A stretch of 64,000 nt of DNA, from positions 16,419 through 80,418 of the forward strand of contig WHSU01000012.1 in assembly GCA_009379925.1 (NCBI GenBank), written 5' to 3'. This document shows, one piece after another, positions 42,433 to 54,954 of this stretch. The notes below the pieces were generated by a model. It was not told the origin of the DNA. It made no database searches and was given only the letters and a program-made list of their open reading frames with translations. Source of the DNA: Dehalococcoidia bacterium (lineage in GTDB: Bacteria; Chloroflexota; Dehalococcoidia; UBA2979). The position numbers and the translations under genes were made by a program. Position 1 is the first letter of the stretch. Every line of letters begins with the position of its first letter.

Positions 42433-44523
42433 CTAAGTCAGGAAGAGCGGTCCGAACACGACGGCCACGATCGACATCAGCTTGAGCAGGATGTTGAGCG
42501 CGGGGCCGGAGGTGTCCTTGAAGGGGTCGCCCACGGTGTCGCCGACCACGGCGGCCTTGTGCGCCTCGGAGCCCTTGCCGCCGAGGTGGCCGGCCTCGAT
42601 GTACTTCTTCGCGTTATCCCACGCGCCACCGGCGTTGGCCATCATCAGGGCGAGCACCGCGCCCGTACCGATGGAGCCCACCAGCAGGCCACCGAGGGCC
42701 TCCGGGCCGAGGAAGATACCGACGACGATGGGCGCGGCGACCGCCAGGACGCCGGGGATGATCATCTCGCGGAGCGCGCCGGTGGTCGCAATGTCGACCG
42801 TGCGGGCGTAGTCCGGGTCTTCGGTGCCCTCCATGATGCCCGGGCGCTCGCGGAACTGCCGCCGCACCTCGTTGACCATCGCCACCGCGGCGCGGCCGAC
42901 GGCGCCCATCGTGAGGGCGCCGAAGACGAACGGCATGAGCGAGCCGAGCAGCAGGCCGATCAGCACATTGACGTCCAGCAGGTTGAACGAGGAGATACCG
43001 ACCGTCTGTGCGTAGGTCACCATCAGGGCCAGCGATGTGAGCACCGCCGAGCCGATGGCGAAGCCCTTGCCCGTGGCCGCCGTGGTGTTGCCCAGGCTGT
43101 CGAGGGCGTCCGTCCGTTCGCGCACCTCGGGTGGCAGGTGCGCCTGCTCGGCGATACCGCCGGCGTTGTCGGCCACGGGGCCGTACGCATCGCTGGCGAG
43201 CGTGATGCTGAGCGGCGAGAGCATGCCCACGGCGGCCAGGGCGATGCCGTAGAGGCCGGCCAGCTCATAGGTGATCAGCGTGGCGCTGGCGATCGCCAGC
43301 AGCGGAATAGCCGTGGAGAGCATCCCGAGGCCGAGGCCACCGATGACGAGTGTGCCGGCGCCGGTCTCCGCCTGCTGAGCCAGTTTCTGGGTGGGACTGA
43401 ACTCGTAGGCCGTGTAGTACTCGGTGGCCGTGCCGATCACCTGTCCGGCGACGAGACCGACGAGCACCGCCCAGAAGAGCTTGAAGTCCAGGTCCATCGC
43501 GAGGAGGGCGACGGCGGTCCCGACGAGTACGAGCCCGCTGGCGCCGAAGATGCCCGTGCGGAGCGCCCACAACAGGCGTCCCATGGACGCACCCTCGCTC
43601 GTGCGCACGAAGAACGTCCCGATGATCGAGGCGACGATCCCGATGCCCATGATGAGCATAGGCAGGACGAAGGCGTCCGATGAGTACTCGGCGACCGCCG
43701 ACTCCTCGAAGAGGCCGTTCTCGCTGACGCCGATCACGGCGATGGTGGCGAGAGAGATGGTGGCGACGATCGAGCCGGTGTACGACTCGAAGAGGTCCGC
43801 GCCCATGCCGGCCACGTCGCCCACGTTGTCGCCCACGTTGTCCGCGATCGTCGCGGGGTTGCGGGGGTCGTCCTCGGGGATCCCGGCTTCGACCTTGCCG
43901 ACGAGGTCGCCGCCGACATCCGCGGCCTTCGTGTAGATACCACCGCCGACGCGGGCAAAGAGGGCGATGGAGGACGCACCGAAGGCGAATCCGGCCAGCG
44001 GGCCGGGGTGCTGGAACAGGATGTAGAGGATCGCCAGGGAGCCCAGGCTCAGGCCCGTCACGGTCACACCCATGACGGAGCCGGAGGAGAAGGCCACGCG
44101 GAGCGCACCGTTCAGTCCGCCATCGCGTGCCTTGGCGGCGGTACGGACGTTGGCGCGGACCGCCACATACATGCCGACGTACCCCGCGAACGCGGACGCG
44201 AGCGCGCCGAGCACGTACGCGATCGCCGTCCTCGGGATGTCGGTCATCTCACCCTGCGCCTCGGGGTAGCGGTCCAGGGTGTCGTAGTCGACGAAGACCG
44301 CGAGCACGATGAAGGCGGCGCCCACAAAGAAGGCCAGAAACGTGTATTCACGGCGCAGAAAGGCCGCGGCCCCCTGTTGGATGGCCGCGGCGATGGTGCG
44401 CATCGTCTCGTCACCCTCGTCCTCCGCAAGGACCCTCCGGGTGAGGATCACCGCGAAGACGAGGGCGAGCACAGCTGCCGCCACCGCGAAGTAGAGAATC
44501 TCCAATTGCTCCCGTCCTCCCAT
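42433..44523 (-). CDS. hppA: Membrane-bound proton-translocating pyrophosphatase
   Basis: GDTVGDPFKDTSGPALN and many TM helices. Start near MGGREQLEILYF. Confidence 0.95.
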   Translation of the reverse strand: MGGREQLEILYFAVAAAVLALVFAVILTRRVLAEDEGDETMRTIAAAIQQGAAAFLRREYTFLAFFVGAAFIVLAVFVDYDTLDRYPEAQGEMTDIPRTAIAYVLGALASAFAGYVGMYVAVRANVRTAAKARDGGLNGALRVAFSSGSVMGVTVTGLSLGSLAILYILFQHPGPLAGFAFGASSIALFARVGGGIYTKAADVGGDLVGKVEAGIPEDDPRNPATIADNVGDNVGDVAGMGADLFESYTGSIVATISLATIAVIGVSENGLFEESAVAEYSSDAFVLPMLIMGIGIVASIIGTFFVRTSEGASMGRLLWALRTGIFGASGLVLVGTAVALLAMDLDFKLFWAVLVGLVAGQVIGTATEYYTAYEFSPTQKLAQQAETGAGTLVIGGLGLGMLSTAIPLLAIASATLITYELAGLYGIALAAVGMLSPLSITLASDAYGPVADNAGGIAEQAHLPPEVRERTDALDSLGNTTAATGKGFAIGSAVLTSLALMVTYAQTVGISSFNLLDVNVLIGLLLGSLMPFVFGALTMGAVGRAAVAMVNEVRRQFRERPGIMEGTEDPDYARTVDIATTGALREMIIPGVLAVAAPIVVGIFLGPEALGGLLVGSIGTGAVLALMMANAGGAWDNAKKYIEAGHLGGKGSEAHKAAVVGDTVGDPFKDTSGPALNILLKLMSIVAVVFGPLFLT

Positions 44524-44671
44524 GCTGGAGCGCGGGGAGCGTCGCCCGCGCCGGTTGGCCATCTGCCCGCAATGCCGCGCTGGCCGCGCGGGAATGTACC
44601 ATCACGCGCCCGTAGCGGCATCCGGCGAAGCTGGCCACAGGGGCCGCCGAACGTCGGGCCGTGCTATTGGG

Positions 44672-45019
44672 TTACAGGTCTTTGATCGGGTCCGGGAGTT
44701 CGCCGTCGCGGGCGGCATCGATCATCTGGCGCGTCTCCTCGGGGACGTCCATGCCGTAGTCCTCGAAGCGCTTCTCCACCCAGCGGCCGATCTGCCGCGG
44801 GTCCTTGTAGGCATCCTCGGGCCGGCCCCCGGCGCCCGGTACACCAAGTTCATCGAGCACGTCCTGATCCGTCTTGGTCCGCGCCACGCGCGACATGAGC
44901 CGCTTCATGCGGGTGGAGCCGCAGTGCTCGCAGCGTGCCTTCACCTCGGCGTGGGCGGAGCGCACGAAGACGCTGCTGACGTGCTCACACTTGCCGCAGC
45001 GGTACTCGTAGATCGGCAT
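44672..45019 (-). CDS. FmdB-family zinc-ribbon protein
   Basis: MPIYEYRCGKCEH...CEHCGS. Confidence 0.75.
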   Translation of the reverse strand: MPIYEYRCGKCEHVSSVFVRSAHAEVKARCEHCGSTRMKRLMSRVARTKTDQDVLDELGVPGAGGRPEDAYKDPRQIGRWVEKRFEDYGMDVPEETRQMIDAARDGELPDPIKDL

Positions 45020-45438
45020 CAGGCGTCCGGCTCCGAGGGCGCGGAGATCTGCTCCTTCTTCCGCTCGATGCGGTGGCGGAGCGTATGCGCGGCGTCCACG
45101 CGCTCCACGGGGTCCTCGCCGGCGTCGGCCTTGTCGGCCAGGGTGCGGAAGTCCGAGCCCAGCTCGCTGTCGTACTGCTCGCCCATGCGGCGCGCCCAGC
45201 GGGAGAACCCGGCGACATCACCGGACTCCATACGCCCCATCTCCTGCTCGAGGTCGATGCTGTCGATGCGCTCACCCTCCGAGCGGGCGCGCGCGAAGCG
45301 CGAGACCACGCGCTTCAGGCGACGGCTGCCGCACTCCGGACAAGCCGGCCGTTTCGCCTCGGCGGCCGCGGCGACGGACCGGAAGAAGACATCGATGCGT
45401 CGCTCGCAGCCGGCGCAGTCGTACTGGTAGATGGGCAT
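45019..45438 (-). CDS. FmdB-family zinc-ribbon protein (tandem paralog)
   Basis: MPIYQYDCAGCER...CPECGS. Its stop overlaps the start of the downstream paralog. Confidence 0.75.
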   Translation of the reverse strand: MPIYQYDCAGCERRIDVFFRSVAAAAEAKRPACPECGSRRLKRVVSRFARARSEGERIDSIDLEQEMGRMESGDVAGFSRWARRMGEQYDSELGSDFRTLADKADAGEDPVERVDAAHTLRHRIERKKEQISAPSEPDA

Positions 45439-45581
45439 GGCGGAAGTGTAGCGGGGGCGCCGGACGCGGGCCAGACGGGCTCAGCCCTCTCCTCCGTCGT
45501 CCGTTCGCGGGCGCCTCTCCTTCCGTTCGTGGTGAGCTTGTCGAACGACGTGACCGGGACACCGAAGCGTCTCACCCAGCC

Positions 45582-46781
<1,200 letters not shown>

Positions 46782-46798
46782 GGAGAACGGACGCGGGC

Positions 46799-47173
46799 TC
46801 AGTTGCCCTCCACGGCGTTCTGGATGTGCTGCAGCTTGCCCACCTCGCCGCTGACGGTGAGGTCGATGGCGACGACATCGATGCGCAGGTCCTCCGGGAG
46901 GTCCGGGTGCTCCGCGATGTAGGCCTCGGCCAGGGTGCGGAGCCTGGCTTCCTTGGCGGGGGAGATGGACTGGATCGCGCCGCCGGTGCGGCTGGAGCGG
47001 CGCAGCTTCACCTCGACGAACACGAGCGTGCCGTTGTCCTGGACGGCGATCAGGTCAATCTCGCCTTCGCGGCGGCGCACGTTGCGCTCCACGATGCGAT
47101 AGCCCTGGTTCTGCAGGTAGTCGGCGGCGAGGCGCTCGCCGGCCTCACCCAGGCGCCGCGTTCGGTCGGTCAT
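46799..47173 (-). CDS. yraN: YraN-family (UPF0102) endonuclease
   Basis: GERLAADYLQNQGYRIVERNVRRREGEIDLIAV...FVEVK. Confidence 0.85.
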   Translation of the reverse strand: MTDRTRRLGEAGERLAADYLQNQGYRIVERNVRRREGEIDLIAVQDNGTLVFVEVKLRRSSRTGGAIQSISPAKEARLRTLAEAYIAEHPDLPEDLRIDVVAIDLTVSGEVGKLQHIQNAVEGN

Positions 47174-47180
47174 CGGTCCA

Positions 47181-47849
47181 TTATCCCATCACGGCCCGGC
47201 GCACCGGGGCGAACGAGAGCCGGTGAATGTTGCTGTACCCCAGGCGCGCGAGCGCCGCGCGATGTGCCGGGGTGGCGTATCCCTTGTTCACGGCCAGGCC
47301 ATAACCGGGGAAGACCTGGTCCAGCTCGCACATCATCCGGTCTCTGACCACCTTCGCCAGGATGCTCGCCGCGGACACCGAGATGCAAAGCGCGTCCCCG
47401 TCCACGACCGCCACCTGCTCCAGTCCCCCGTCCACAACCTCGCGGCCGTCGACGATGAGGCAGTCCGGCGCCTGGGACATGGCCTGCACCGCCCGGTGCA
47501 TAGCCAGCCGCGTGGCGCGCAGGATGTTGATCTGGTCCACCACCTGTGGCGAGACCACACCGACGCCCCATTCCGTCCGCTCCCGGATGATCGCCGCCAG
47601 TTCCTCGCGCTGCGCCGGCGAGACCAGTTTCGAGTCGCGCAGCCGGCCGATCCAGCGCGCTCGAGGGCTGTGTCCCGATCCAGTGTGCGGGATGACGACC
47701 GCAGCCGCGACGACCGGACCCGCCAGCGGGCCTCGTCCCACCTCGTCCACGCCGGCGACGCGCTTCGCGCCGGTGCGCCACAGGTGGCGTTCGGTGCGCC
47801 AGGTGGGGCGGATGGCCCTCGGGTTGCGGTCGACAGTGGTGCGCGGCAT
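47181..47849 (-). CDS. rnhB: Ribonuclease HII
   Basis: VAGVDEVGRGPLAGPVVAAAVVI (DEVGRG active site). Start set at MPRTTV (ATG 47847-47849). Track ORF to 48035 is over-extended. Confidence 0.85.
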   Translation of the reverse strand: MPRTTVDRNPRAIRPTWRTERHLWRTGAKRVAGVDEVGRGPLAGPVVAAAVVIPHTGSGHSPRARWIGRLRDSKLVSPAQREELAAIIRERTEWGVGVVSPQVVDQINILRATRLAMHRAVQAMSQAPDCLIVDGREVVDGGLEQVAVVDGDALCISVSAASILAKVVRDRMMCELDQVFPGYGLAVNKGYATPAHRAALARLGYSNIHRLSFAPVRRAVMG

Positions 47850-48049
47850 GGGACATCCTAGGCAGGACGATATCGAGCAGACAACTGATCCGTTCCATCG
47901 CGACACCACGACGGGGAGGTTCCTTCGTCCCGGCCGCACTCTATGATGCGCCCGCACGGCAATGTGTGGGCCACCCGCCAGGTGGCCCACCGGCCGTCCA
48001 ACGACGCCAGGAGCGCCAACAAGCACCCACAACACGAAGGAAGGCTCCC

Positions 48050-48259
48050 ATGCCCATCGTCCGCATCGAGATGCTCCCGGGGCGCTCGCTGGCGCAGAAG
48101 CGCGAGCTGGCGCGCGTGATCACGGACGCGGTGTGCAATATCGCGCACACCGCGCCGGAGGACACGCTGGTGCTGTTCTCCGAGTACTCCGTGGAGGACT
48201 GGGCGACGGACGGGAAGCTGTACGTCGACCAGGACGACGAGGACGAAGACGAGGACTGA
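48050..48259 (+). CDS. 4-oxalocrotonate tautomerase-family protein
   Basis: MPIVRIEMLPGRS (Pro1 after Met). RBS AAGGAAGG. 69 aa with acidic tail. Confidence 0.8.
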   Translation: MPIVRIEMLPGRSLAQKRELARVITDAVCNIAHTAPEDTLVLFSEYSVEDWATDGKLYVDQDDEDEDED

Positions 48260-48352
48260 GTCCCCCCTCGGGCAAGGCGCGGCAGTGCAGCGTTCCTTAC
48301 GCGCTTCCGATAATAGGTTGTGATTCCCTCGGGCCAGCCGTGGGGAATCGGG

Positions 48353-48361
48353 TGTTACAAT
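48353..48361 (+). promoter_or_regulatory. Extended -10 promoter candidate (TGTTACAAT) for ftsH
   Basis: tgttacaat lies about 160 nt upstream of the ftsH ATG within a 260-bp non-coding leader. Confidence 0.35.
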
Positions 48362-48520
48362 CAGATACAGCGGACGCCCCATCGCGGCGTTCTGGCGGCT
48401 ATCTCCGTCCCGCTCGTCAGGCGCCGGCCCGGCCAGTGCAAGACGCGAATCGATCCGCGAGTGGCCCCCGGCCCCCGGCGCCGGTGAGTGTGGAAGCCAA
48501 CGCCAATGAGTTCACGCTGG

Positions 48521-50497
48521 ATGCGTAATTCCTTCATCTACCTGCTGATCCTCGTTGCGGTCGTCCTCGTCGTGGTCATGGTCTTCCGACCGGCCGGCGG
48601 CGGACAAGACATCCCGCTGGGCGAGGTGATTCAGCGCGCCCAGGCCGGTCAAATCGACCGCATCGAGGTGAACGGCGATAGCCTCACCGTCCACATTCAG
48701 GACCAGACGGAGCCGGCGCAGTCCCGCAAGGAGTCCTCGGCCTCGATCGAGGAGATCCTGCGCGAGAACAACGTGCCGGTGGGTTCCGCCGAAGGCGCCG
48801 TGCAGATCGAGGTCGCCTCGCCCAGCGGGCTGGGCAACGTCTTCGGGCTGCTGCTGAACTTCCTGCCGCTGATCATCTTTGGCGCCATCCTGATCTTCAT
48901 GATGCGCCAGGCCGGCGGCGCCAATAACCAGGCGATGTCGTTCGGCAAGAGCAAGGCGCGGATGTTCACCGGCCAGAAGCCGACCGTGACGTTCCTGGAT
49001 GTCGCCGGGCAGGACGAGGCGAAGCAGGAGCTCCAGGAGGTCGTCGAGTTCCTGAAGTACCCGGAGAAGTTCGCGGCCGTCGGGGCGCGCATCCCGCACG
49101 GTGTGCTGCTGGTAGGCCCTCCCGGCACCGGTAAGACCATGCTCGCGCGCGCCGTCTCGGGCGAGGCGGGCGTGCCGTTCTTCTCGATCTCCGGTTCCGA
49201 GTTCGTGGAGATGTTCGTGGGTGTCGGCGCCAGCCGTGTGCGCGACCTGTTCGACCAGGCGAAGCGCAACGCGCCGGCCATCGTGTTCGTCGACGAGATC
49301 GACGCGGTGGGCCGCCAGCGTGGCGCCGGGCTGGGCGGCTCGCACGACGAGCGTGAGCAGACGCTGAACCAGATCCTGGTCGAGATGGACGGGTTCGACA
49401 GCAACTCGAACGTGATCGTGCTCGCTTCGACGAACCGCCCGGACATCCTGGACCCGGCGCTGCTGCGCCCGGGCCGTTTCGACCGGCAGGTCACACTGGA
49501 CCTGCCGGACGTGAAGGGCCGCCGAGCGGTGCTCGACGTCCACTCGAAGGGGAAGCCGTTCGAGCCGGGCGTGAACCTGGAGACGATTGCCAAGCAGACG
49601 CCGGGCTTCTCCGGCGCGGACCTGGCCAACCTCGTGAACGAGGCGGCCATCCTGGCTGCGCGGCGCAACAAGAAGCGCATCTCCATGGGCGAGCTGAACG
49701 AGGCTGTCGACCGTGTGATCGCCGGCCCGGAGCGCAAGTCCCGCGTGATCACGCCGGAAGAGAAGAAGATCGTCGCCTACCACGAGGGCGGGCACACGGT
49801 CGCCGGCTACTTCACGCCGCGGGCGGACACGCCCTTCAAGGTGACCATCGTGGCCCGCGGTATGGCCGGCGGGTTTACCCGCATGTTGCCGGACGATGAC
49901 CGCCGCCTACAGGACCGCTCCTACTACGAAGCGATGATGGTGTACGCGCTGGGCGGCCACGTGGCCGAGGAGATGGTCTTCGGCGAGATGACCACCGGTG
50001 CCCACAACGACATCGGCAAGGTGACGGCGATCGCGCGTGACATGGTGACCCAGTGGGGCATGAGCGACCGGCTCGGCCCGCGCACCTTCGGCAAGCGCGA
50101 GTCCATGATCTTCCTGGGCCGCGACATCTCCGAGCAGCGCGACTACTCGGAACGCACGGCCGAGGAGATCGACGACGAGGTCCGCCGCCTGATCGACGAG
50201 GCGCACGAGCGCTGCCGCAAGGTGCTGGCCGAGCACCGCGAGGAGCTGGACCGGCTGGCCGCGGCCCTGGTGGAAGTCGAGACGATCGAGGGTGACGAGT
50301 TGCTGCGGATCCTGGGCCCGGCGCCCGGCCGCCGCCTCCCGGACGACCTCTCGGACACGGACGTGCTGGAGGCGCCAACGCCTACCCCGCGCTCCGAGGA
50401 CGAGCGCAAGGAAGACGAGGAAGAGGAGGAGCGCGCGCAGGGCCGCCCGGGCCTCGCGTGGGGGCAGCAGAACATCGCCCCACCGCCCGCCGAGTAA
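48521..50497 (+). CDS. ftsH: ATP-dependent zinc metalloprotease FtsH
   Basis: [13 protein letters not shown] start, Walker [17 protein letters not shown] zinc motif. Confidence 0.95.
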   Translation: MRNSFIYLLILVAVVLVVVMVFRPAGGGQDIPLGEVIQRAQAGQIDRIEVNGDSLTVHIQDQTEPAQSRKESSASIEEILRENNVPVGSAEGAVQIEVASPSGLGNVFGLLLNFLPLIIFGAILIFMMRQAGGANNQAMSFGKSKARMFTGQKPTVTFLDVAGQDEAKQELQEVVEFLKYPEKFAAVGARIPHGVLLVGPPGTGKTMLARAVSGEAGVPFFSISGSEFVEMFVGVGASRVRDLFDQAKRNAPAIVFVDEIDAVGRQRGAGLGGSHDEREQTLNQILVEMDGFDSNSNVIVLASTNRPDILDPALLRPGRFDRQVTLDLPDVKGRRAVLDVHSKGKPFEPGVNLETIAKQTPGFSGADLANLVNEAAILAARRNKKRISMGELNEAVDRVIAGPERKSRVITPEEKKIVAYHEGGHTVAGYFTPRADTPFKVTIVARGMAGGFTRMLPDDDRRLQDRSYYEAMMVYALGGHVAEEMVFGEMTTGAHNDIGKVTAIARDMVTQWGMSDRLGPRTFGKRESMIFLGRDISEQRDYSERTAEEIDDEVRRLIDEAHERCRKVLAEHREELDRLAAALVEVETIEGDELLRILGPAPGRRLPDDLSDTDVLEAPTPTPRSEDERKEDEEEEERAQGRPGLAWGQQNIAPPPAE

Positions 50498-50530
50498 CGC
50501 GAGCGGACGCCCGAAGGACGAACGACCAAC

Positions 50531-50555
50531 GAGGGCCGGCTCAACGCCGGCCCTC
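50531..50555. terminator. Hairpin between convergent ftsH and PPOX genes
   Basis: GAGGGCCGGC-tcaac-GCCGGCCCTC, perfect 10-bp stem, followed by GTGCTGTGT. Confidence 0.5.
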
Positions 50556-50581
50556 GTGCTGTGTCCGGCCTCGATGACCGT

Positions 50582-51034
50582 TCAGGGCGCGCCGAACATG
50601 CCGTAGTAGCGGGTGACTTCGAACTCGTAGATCAGGCGCTGCTCCTCGGCCATGATGCGGAGGAAGTCCTCCTCCGATTGCGGCTCGCCGAACCACATCA
50701 GGTGGCCGGGCTGCGACTGCCCGGCCATCCCCTGCTGGAGGGTGCGGAAGAAGCGCAGGTTCTGCTCGGGCGCCTCCGGACCATCGAGGACCGTCACGGT
50801 CGCCTCGATGCCCGCCCAGACCGCGGGGTTGGCGGGGTCGAAGACGAAGAGGGTGGACCGCGGGTCACGGCGCACGTGACGCGTGCGCACCCGCCCCTGC
50901 GTGCCGGAACTCCAGAGCCGCCCGTCGACCATGCCGACGCCGACACGCGCCACGTGGGGCGTCCCATCAGCGCGTAGGGTCGTCATGACCGCCGCCCGGT
51001 GCTGCTCAAGGAATGTGCGGAGCCGATCGTCCAT
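50582..51034 (-). CDS. PPOX-class (probably F420-dependent) enzyme
   Basis: RBS GGAGG then ATG (51032-51034). MDDRLRTFLEQHRAAVMTTLRADGTPHVARV is a typical PPOX-class N-terminus. Confidence 0.75.
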   Translation of the reverse strand: MDDRLRTFLEQHRAAVMTTLRADGTPHVARVGVGMVDGRLWSSGTQGRVRTRHVRRDPRSTLFVFDPANPAVWAGIEATVTVLDGPEAPEQNLRFFRTLQQGMAGQSQPGHLMWFGEPQSEEDFLRIMAEEQRLIYEFEVTRYYGMFGAP

Positions 51035-51080
51035 GCGTGCCACCTCCTGGTCAGGAGCATGGTAGCCGTAGCGGCCGGGA

Positions 51081-51899
51081 CTACTCGGAGCGGCCGACGG
51101 TGGTGACGGCACTGTCACCGTCGTCCACGCCGGTGCCCGCCGCCTCGAAGGCGGCTTCGTGCTCCGCAGCTCGCTCGGTCGCCTCGCGGCGCAGTTCCTC
51201 CATGCGTCTCTGGAAGGCCCGCTGCACCACAAGGAACCACGCGGCGGCGAGGACGGCGAGGCCAATACGGAGCAGCGGGTGCTCCTCGAGTTTGCCCTCG
51301 TCCGTGAGTACGGCCGTGCCGAAGACGACGCCGGCGCCGACCCAGGCCGTATTGGCGATGGCGGCGCCCAGGTAGTCGAGCGGCATCCAGACGCGGAGCG
51401 GCATCCGCAGGGCGCCGGCGCCGAAGGGGCCGACGGCACGTGTGATGTTGTGCAGGTGATAAAATGGGATCAGCCAGCGTCCACGGCCCTTGATCAGTGC
51501 CGCGCCCATGCGGAGTTGCGGTCCGAACCTCGTGGTCTGGAGGCGGTCGCCGCCCCACCGGCCCGCGGAGTACGACACCGTGTCGCCGATCATCGTGCCG
51601 AGCACGGCGATGCCCCAGACCAGCAGGACTTCCGGCCAGTCCGCGGCGGCGTTCGCGCCGCCCAGGAACATCACGAGCACGCCCGGGAAGACGATCCCGA
51701 GCCCGATCGTCGCCTCGGCCAGCGCGGCGAAGAAGACGATGGGTACGCCGAAGCGGTCGAAGAGGTCGCGGACGAAGAGGAGAATCTGGTCTGTTAGCCA
51801 GCCGAGGGCGTCATAGGGCGCGGTGATGATGTCGAGGAGGAGGTCCAGGGAGGCCGTCCGAGTCCGTTGACCACTAAGGCGAGTGGTATCTACACTCAA
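51081..51899 (-). CDS. DedA-family membrane protein
   Basis: LAEATIGLGIVFPGVLVMFLGG DedA signature region and TM helices. Start uncertain (TTG at 51897-51899 is the upper bound; must lie below the rplU promoter). Confidence 0.6.
   Translation of the reverse strand: MSVDTTRLSGQRTRTASLDLLLDIITAPYDALGWLTDQILLFVRDLFDRFGVPIVFFAALAEATIGLGIVFPGVLVMFLGGANAAADWPEVLLVWGIAVLGTMIGDTVSYSAGRWGGDRLQTTRFGPQLRMGAALIKGRGRWLIPFYHLHNITRAVGPFGAGALRMPLRVWMPLDYLGAAIANTAWVGAGVVFGTAVLTDEGKLEEHPLLRIGLAVLAAAWFLVVQRAFQRRMEELRREATERAAEHEAAFEAAGTGVDDGDSAVTTVGRSE
51867..51896 (+). promoter_or_regulatory. Candidate promoter for rplU-rpmA
   Basis: TTGACC-18 bp-TACACT located 30 bp upstream of the rplU ATG. Confidence 0.35.
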
Positions 51900-51926
51900 C
51901 TCTACCCAGAAACCGGAAGAGGCGAT

Positions 51927-52241
51927 ATGTACGCGATCATCCGCAGCGGCGGAAAGCAGTACCGCGTGCGCGAAGGCGACCGCATCGCCGTCGAGCGGCT
52001 CGAGGCCGCCGAGGGCGACACGGTCACCATAGGCGACGTGCTCCTGCTGGAGGCTGACGGCAACATGCAGGTCGGCACGCCCGTGGTGGACGGAGCGTCC
52101 GTCACCGCTCGTGTGGAGCGCCAGATGCGCGACCGCAAGGTGACGATCTTCAAGTACAAGAACAAGACCCGGAAGCGCACCACCCGCGGCCACCGTCAGC
52201 ACCTGACCGAACTGACGATCACCGGCATCGCGGGGGCTTAG
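51927..52241 (+). CDS. rplU: 50S ribosomal protein L21
   Basis: [18 protein letters not shown]. Confidence 0.95.
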   Translation: MYAIIRSGGKQYRVREGDRIAVERLEAAEGDTVTIGDVLLLEADGNMQVGTPVVDGASVTARVERQMRDRKVTIFKYKNKTRKRTTRGHRQHLTELTITGIAGA

Positions 52242-52276
52242 GCCACCGGCTCACCGAGCACTCGAGGGACAGCAGC

Positions 52277-52537
52277 ATGGCGCACAAGAAGTCCGGCGGC
52301 TCCAGCAAGAACGGCCGCGACTCGAACGCGAAGCGCCTGGGCGTGAAGGCGTACGACGGGCAGGCGGTGACCGCGGGCTCGATCATCGTGCGCCAGCGCG
52401 GCACGCGCATTCACCCGGGCGACCACGTGGGCGTCGGCCGCGACCACACGCTGTGGGCGCGGGTGGAGGGCACGGTGAAGTTCGCACCGTACGCCAAGGG
52501 CCGGCGCAAGAAGGTCTCGATCATCCCCGTGGCCTGA
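52277..52537 (+). CDS. rpmA: 50S ribosomal protein L27
   Basis: [24 protein letters not shown]. Confidence 0.95.
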   Translation: MAHKKSGGSSKNGRDSNAKRLGVKAYDGQAVTAGSIIVRQRGTRIHPGDHVGVGRDHTLWARVEGTVKFAPYAKGRRKKVSIIPVA

Positions 52538-52559
52538 GCGGCCACGAGAAGGACACACC

Positions 52560-52781
52560 ATGAAGCAGGACATCCACCCGGAGTACGTTGAGTCCACCAT
52601 CACCTGCGCCTGCGGACACAGCTGGACGACCCGCTCGACCAAGGCGCAGATGCACGTGGACGTCTGCTCCGAGTGCCACCCGTACTACACGGGCGAGCAG
52701 CGCATCGTCGACACCGCGGGACGCGTCGAGCGCTTCCGCCGCCGCTACGCCAAGGCGCAGGGCAGCGGGACGTCTTCATAG
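52560..52781 (+). CDS. rpmE: 50S ribosomal protein L31
   Basis: [27 protein letters not shown]. Confidence 0.95.
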   Translation: MKQDIHPEYVESTITCACGHSWTTRSTKAQMHVDVCSECHPYYTGEQRIVDTAGRVERFRRRYAKAQGSGTSS

Positions 52782-52804
52782 CCCGATCTGACACGGACCA
52801 GCGC

Positions 52805-52841
52805 GAAGAGGGCGGCCGGTTGGCCGCCCTCTTCTCGTTGT
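52805..52841 (+). terminator. Rho-independent terminator after rpmE
   Basis: GAAGAGGGCGGCC-ggtt-GGCCGCCCTCTTC (13-bp perfect stem) followed by TCGTTGT. Confidence 0.75.
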
Positions 52842-52935
52842 GCGCCCACGACAACCGGCACGTGCGGCGGGCCGCCGCAGGCAACCGTCAGCGTGGGGCC
52901 TCGTCTCTGGCTCTCCCCTCACCTATCCTTCGCCC

Positions 52936-53832
<897 letters not shown>

Positions 53833-53942
53833 GCGCGCGGTCCCTGCCTGGAGTCCGGGACCTTCGTCAGGTGTGTTGGCGGCCCCCAGTGTTATAATCA
53901 CGACAAAGTCAGTCGAGTTCATCGAGATCACCGGGGGTCACT

Positions 53943-54410
53943 ATGGAGGCAGGCTACCGAGTCGACCGCAACACGCTCCGGACCAACCAGGCCTTCATCG
54001 TCGGGGGCACCGTAATCGCGTTCGTCCTCGGCGCCGAGGTGGGCGTCTGGCTGATGCTGTTCACCGGCCTGGTCATGGCGCTGGGGACGCTGCACCCGCG
54101 GTTCGCCCTCTTCAAGCAGGTACACACGCGCATCCTGAGGCCCCGCGGCTGGCTCGGCGCCGACGTACACGCCGAGGACCCGATGCCGCATCAGTTCGCG
54201 CAGGGGATGGGCTCGGTCGTGCTGCTGGCGGCCGTCGTCGCCCTGCTGGCGGGGGCGACCACACTCGGCTGGGTGCTGAACTGGGTCGTGGCCGCGCTGG
54301 CGTTCGTCAACCTCTCGGTGCAGTTCTGCGCCGGGTGCTTCGTCTACTTCCAACTCGACCGCCTCGGGCTGTTGCCCCGTTCGATCGCCTCGAGCCGCGC
54401 CGCCCGATGA
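53943..54410 (+). CDS. DUF4395-like membrane protein
   Basis: 155 aa, 4 TM helices, conserved CAGC near the C-terminus. Family assignment from memory. Confidence 0.5.
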   Translation: MEAGYRVDRNTLRTNQAFIVGGTVIAFVLGAEVGVWLMLFTGLVMALGTLHPRFALFKQVHTRILRPRGWLGADVHAEDPMPHQFAQGMGSVVLLAAVVALLAGATTLGWVLNWVVAALAFVNLSVQFCAGCFVYFQLDRLGLLPRSIASSRAAR

Positions 54411-54880
54411 TCGAACGCGCGCTCCTCGCACTTGTCTTCGTCGCCTCGTTCGCGGCCGTGATCGCGATCGCGCGGGCGTGGCTACGCCGCCGCGACCGGC
54501 GGATCGTCGAGCGCCTGCGCGCGGGCACGCCCCCGGGTGACGGCGGCGAGGTGACGCCCCGCATCGTGTACTTCACCACGGAGACCTGTGTGGTCTGCCG
54601 GGTCCAGCAGGAACCGGCCATCGAGCGGCTGCGGGAGCGGGTCCCGGCCTTGCGCGTCGAGCGACACGACGCGGTGGCGGAGGGTGTCCTGGCGCACGAG
54701 TACGGAGTGCTCTCGGTGCCGACGACCGCCGTCTACGCGCGGGACGGGGAGTTGGTGGCGGTGAACCGCGGCTACGCGCCGGCCGCGGTCCTGCTGGCAC
54801 AACTCGAGGGCCTCGACCCAATGCTGGATGGTGGCGCGGCCATGGCGTCCGACGCGCTCGACGGCGCGACCAACCACTGA
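54407..54880 (+). CDS. Membrane-anchored thioredoxin-family protein
   Basis: ATGA overlap with the previous gene. N-terminal TM. CVVC (CxxC) thioredoxin motif. Confidence 0.65.
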   Translation: MIERALLALVFVASFAAVIAIARAWLRRRDRRIVERLRAGTPPGDGGEVTPRIVYFTTETCVVCRVQQEPAIERLRERVPALRVERHDAVAEGVLAHEYGVLSVPTTAVYARDGELVAVNRGYAPAAVLLAQLEGLDPMLDGGAAMASDALDGATNH

Positions 54881-54954
54881 CCGATGCCCTACGATCGGCG
54901 GGATATGGCACGCATCCCGCCGCGACACGCGCACACCCGAGCCACGGAGCACCG

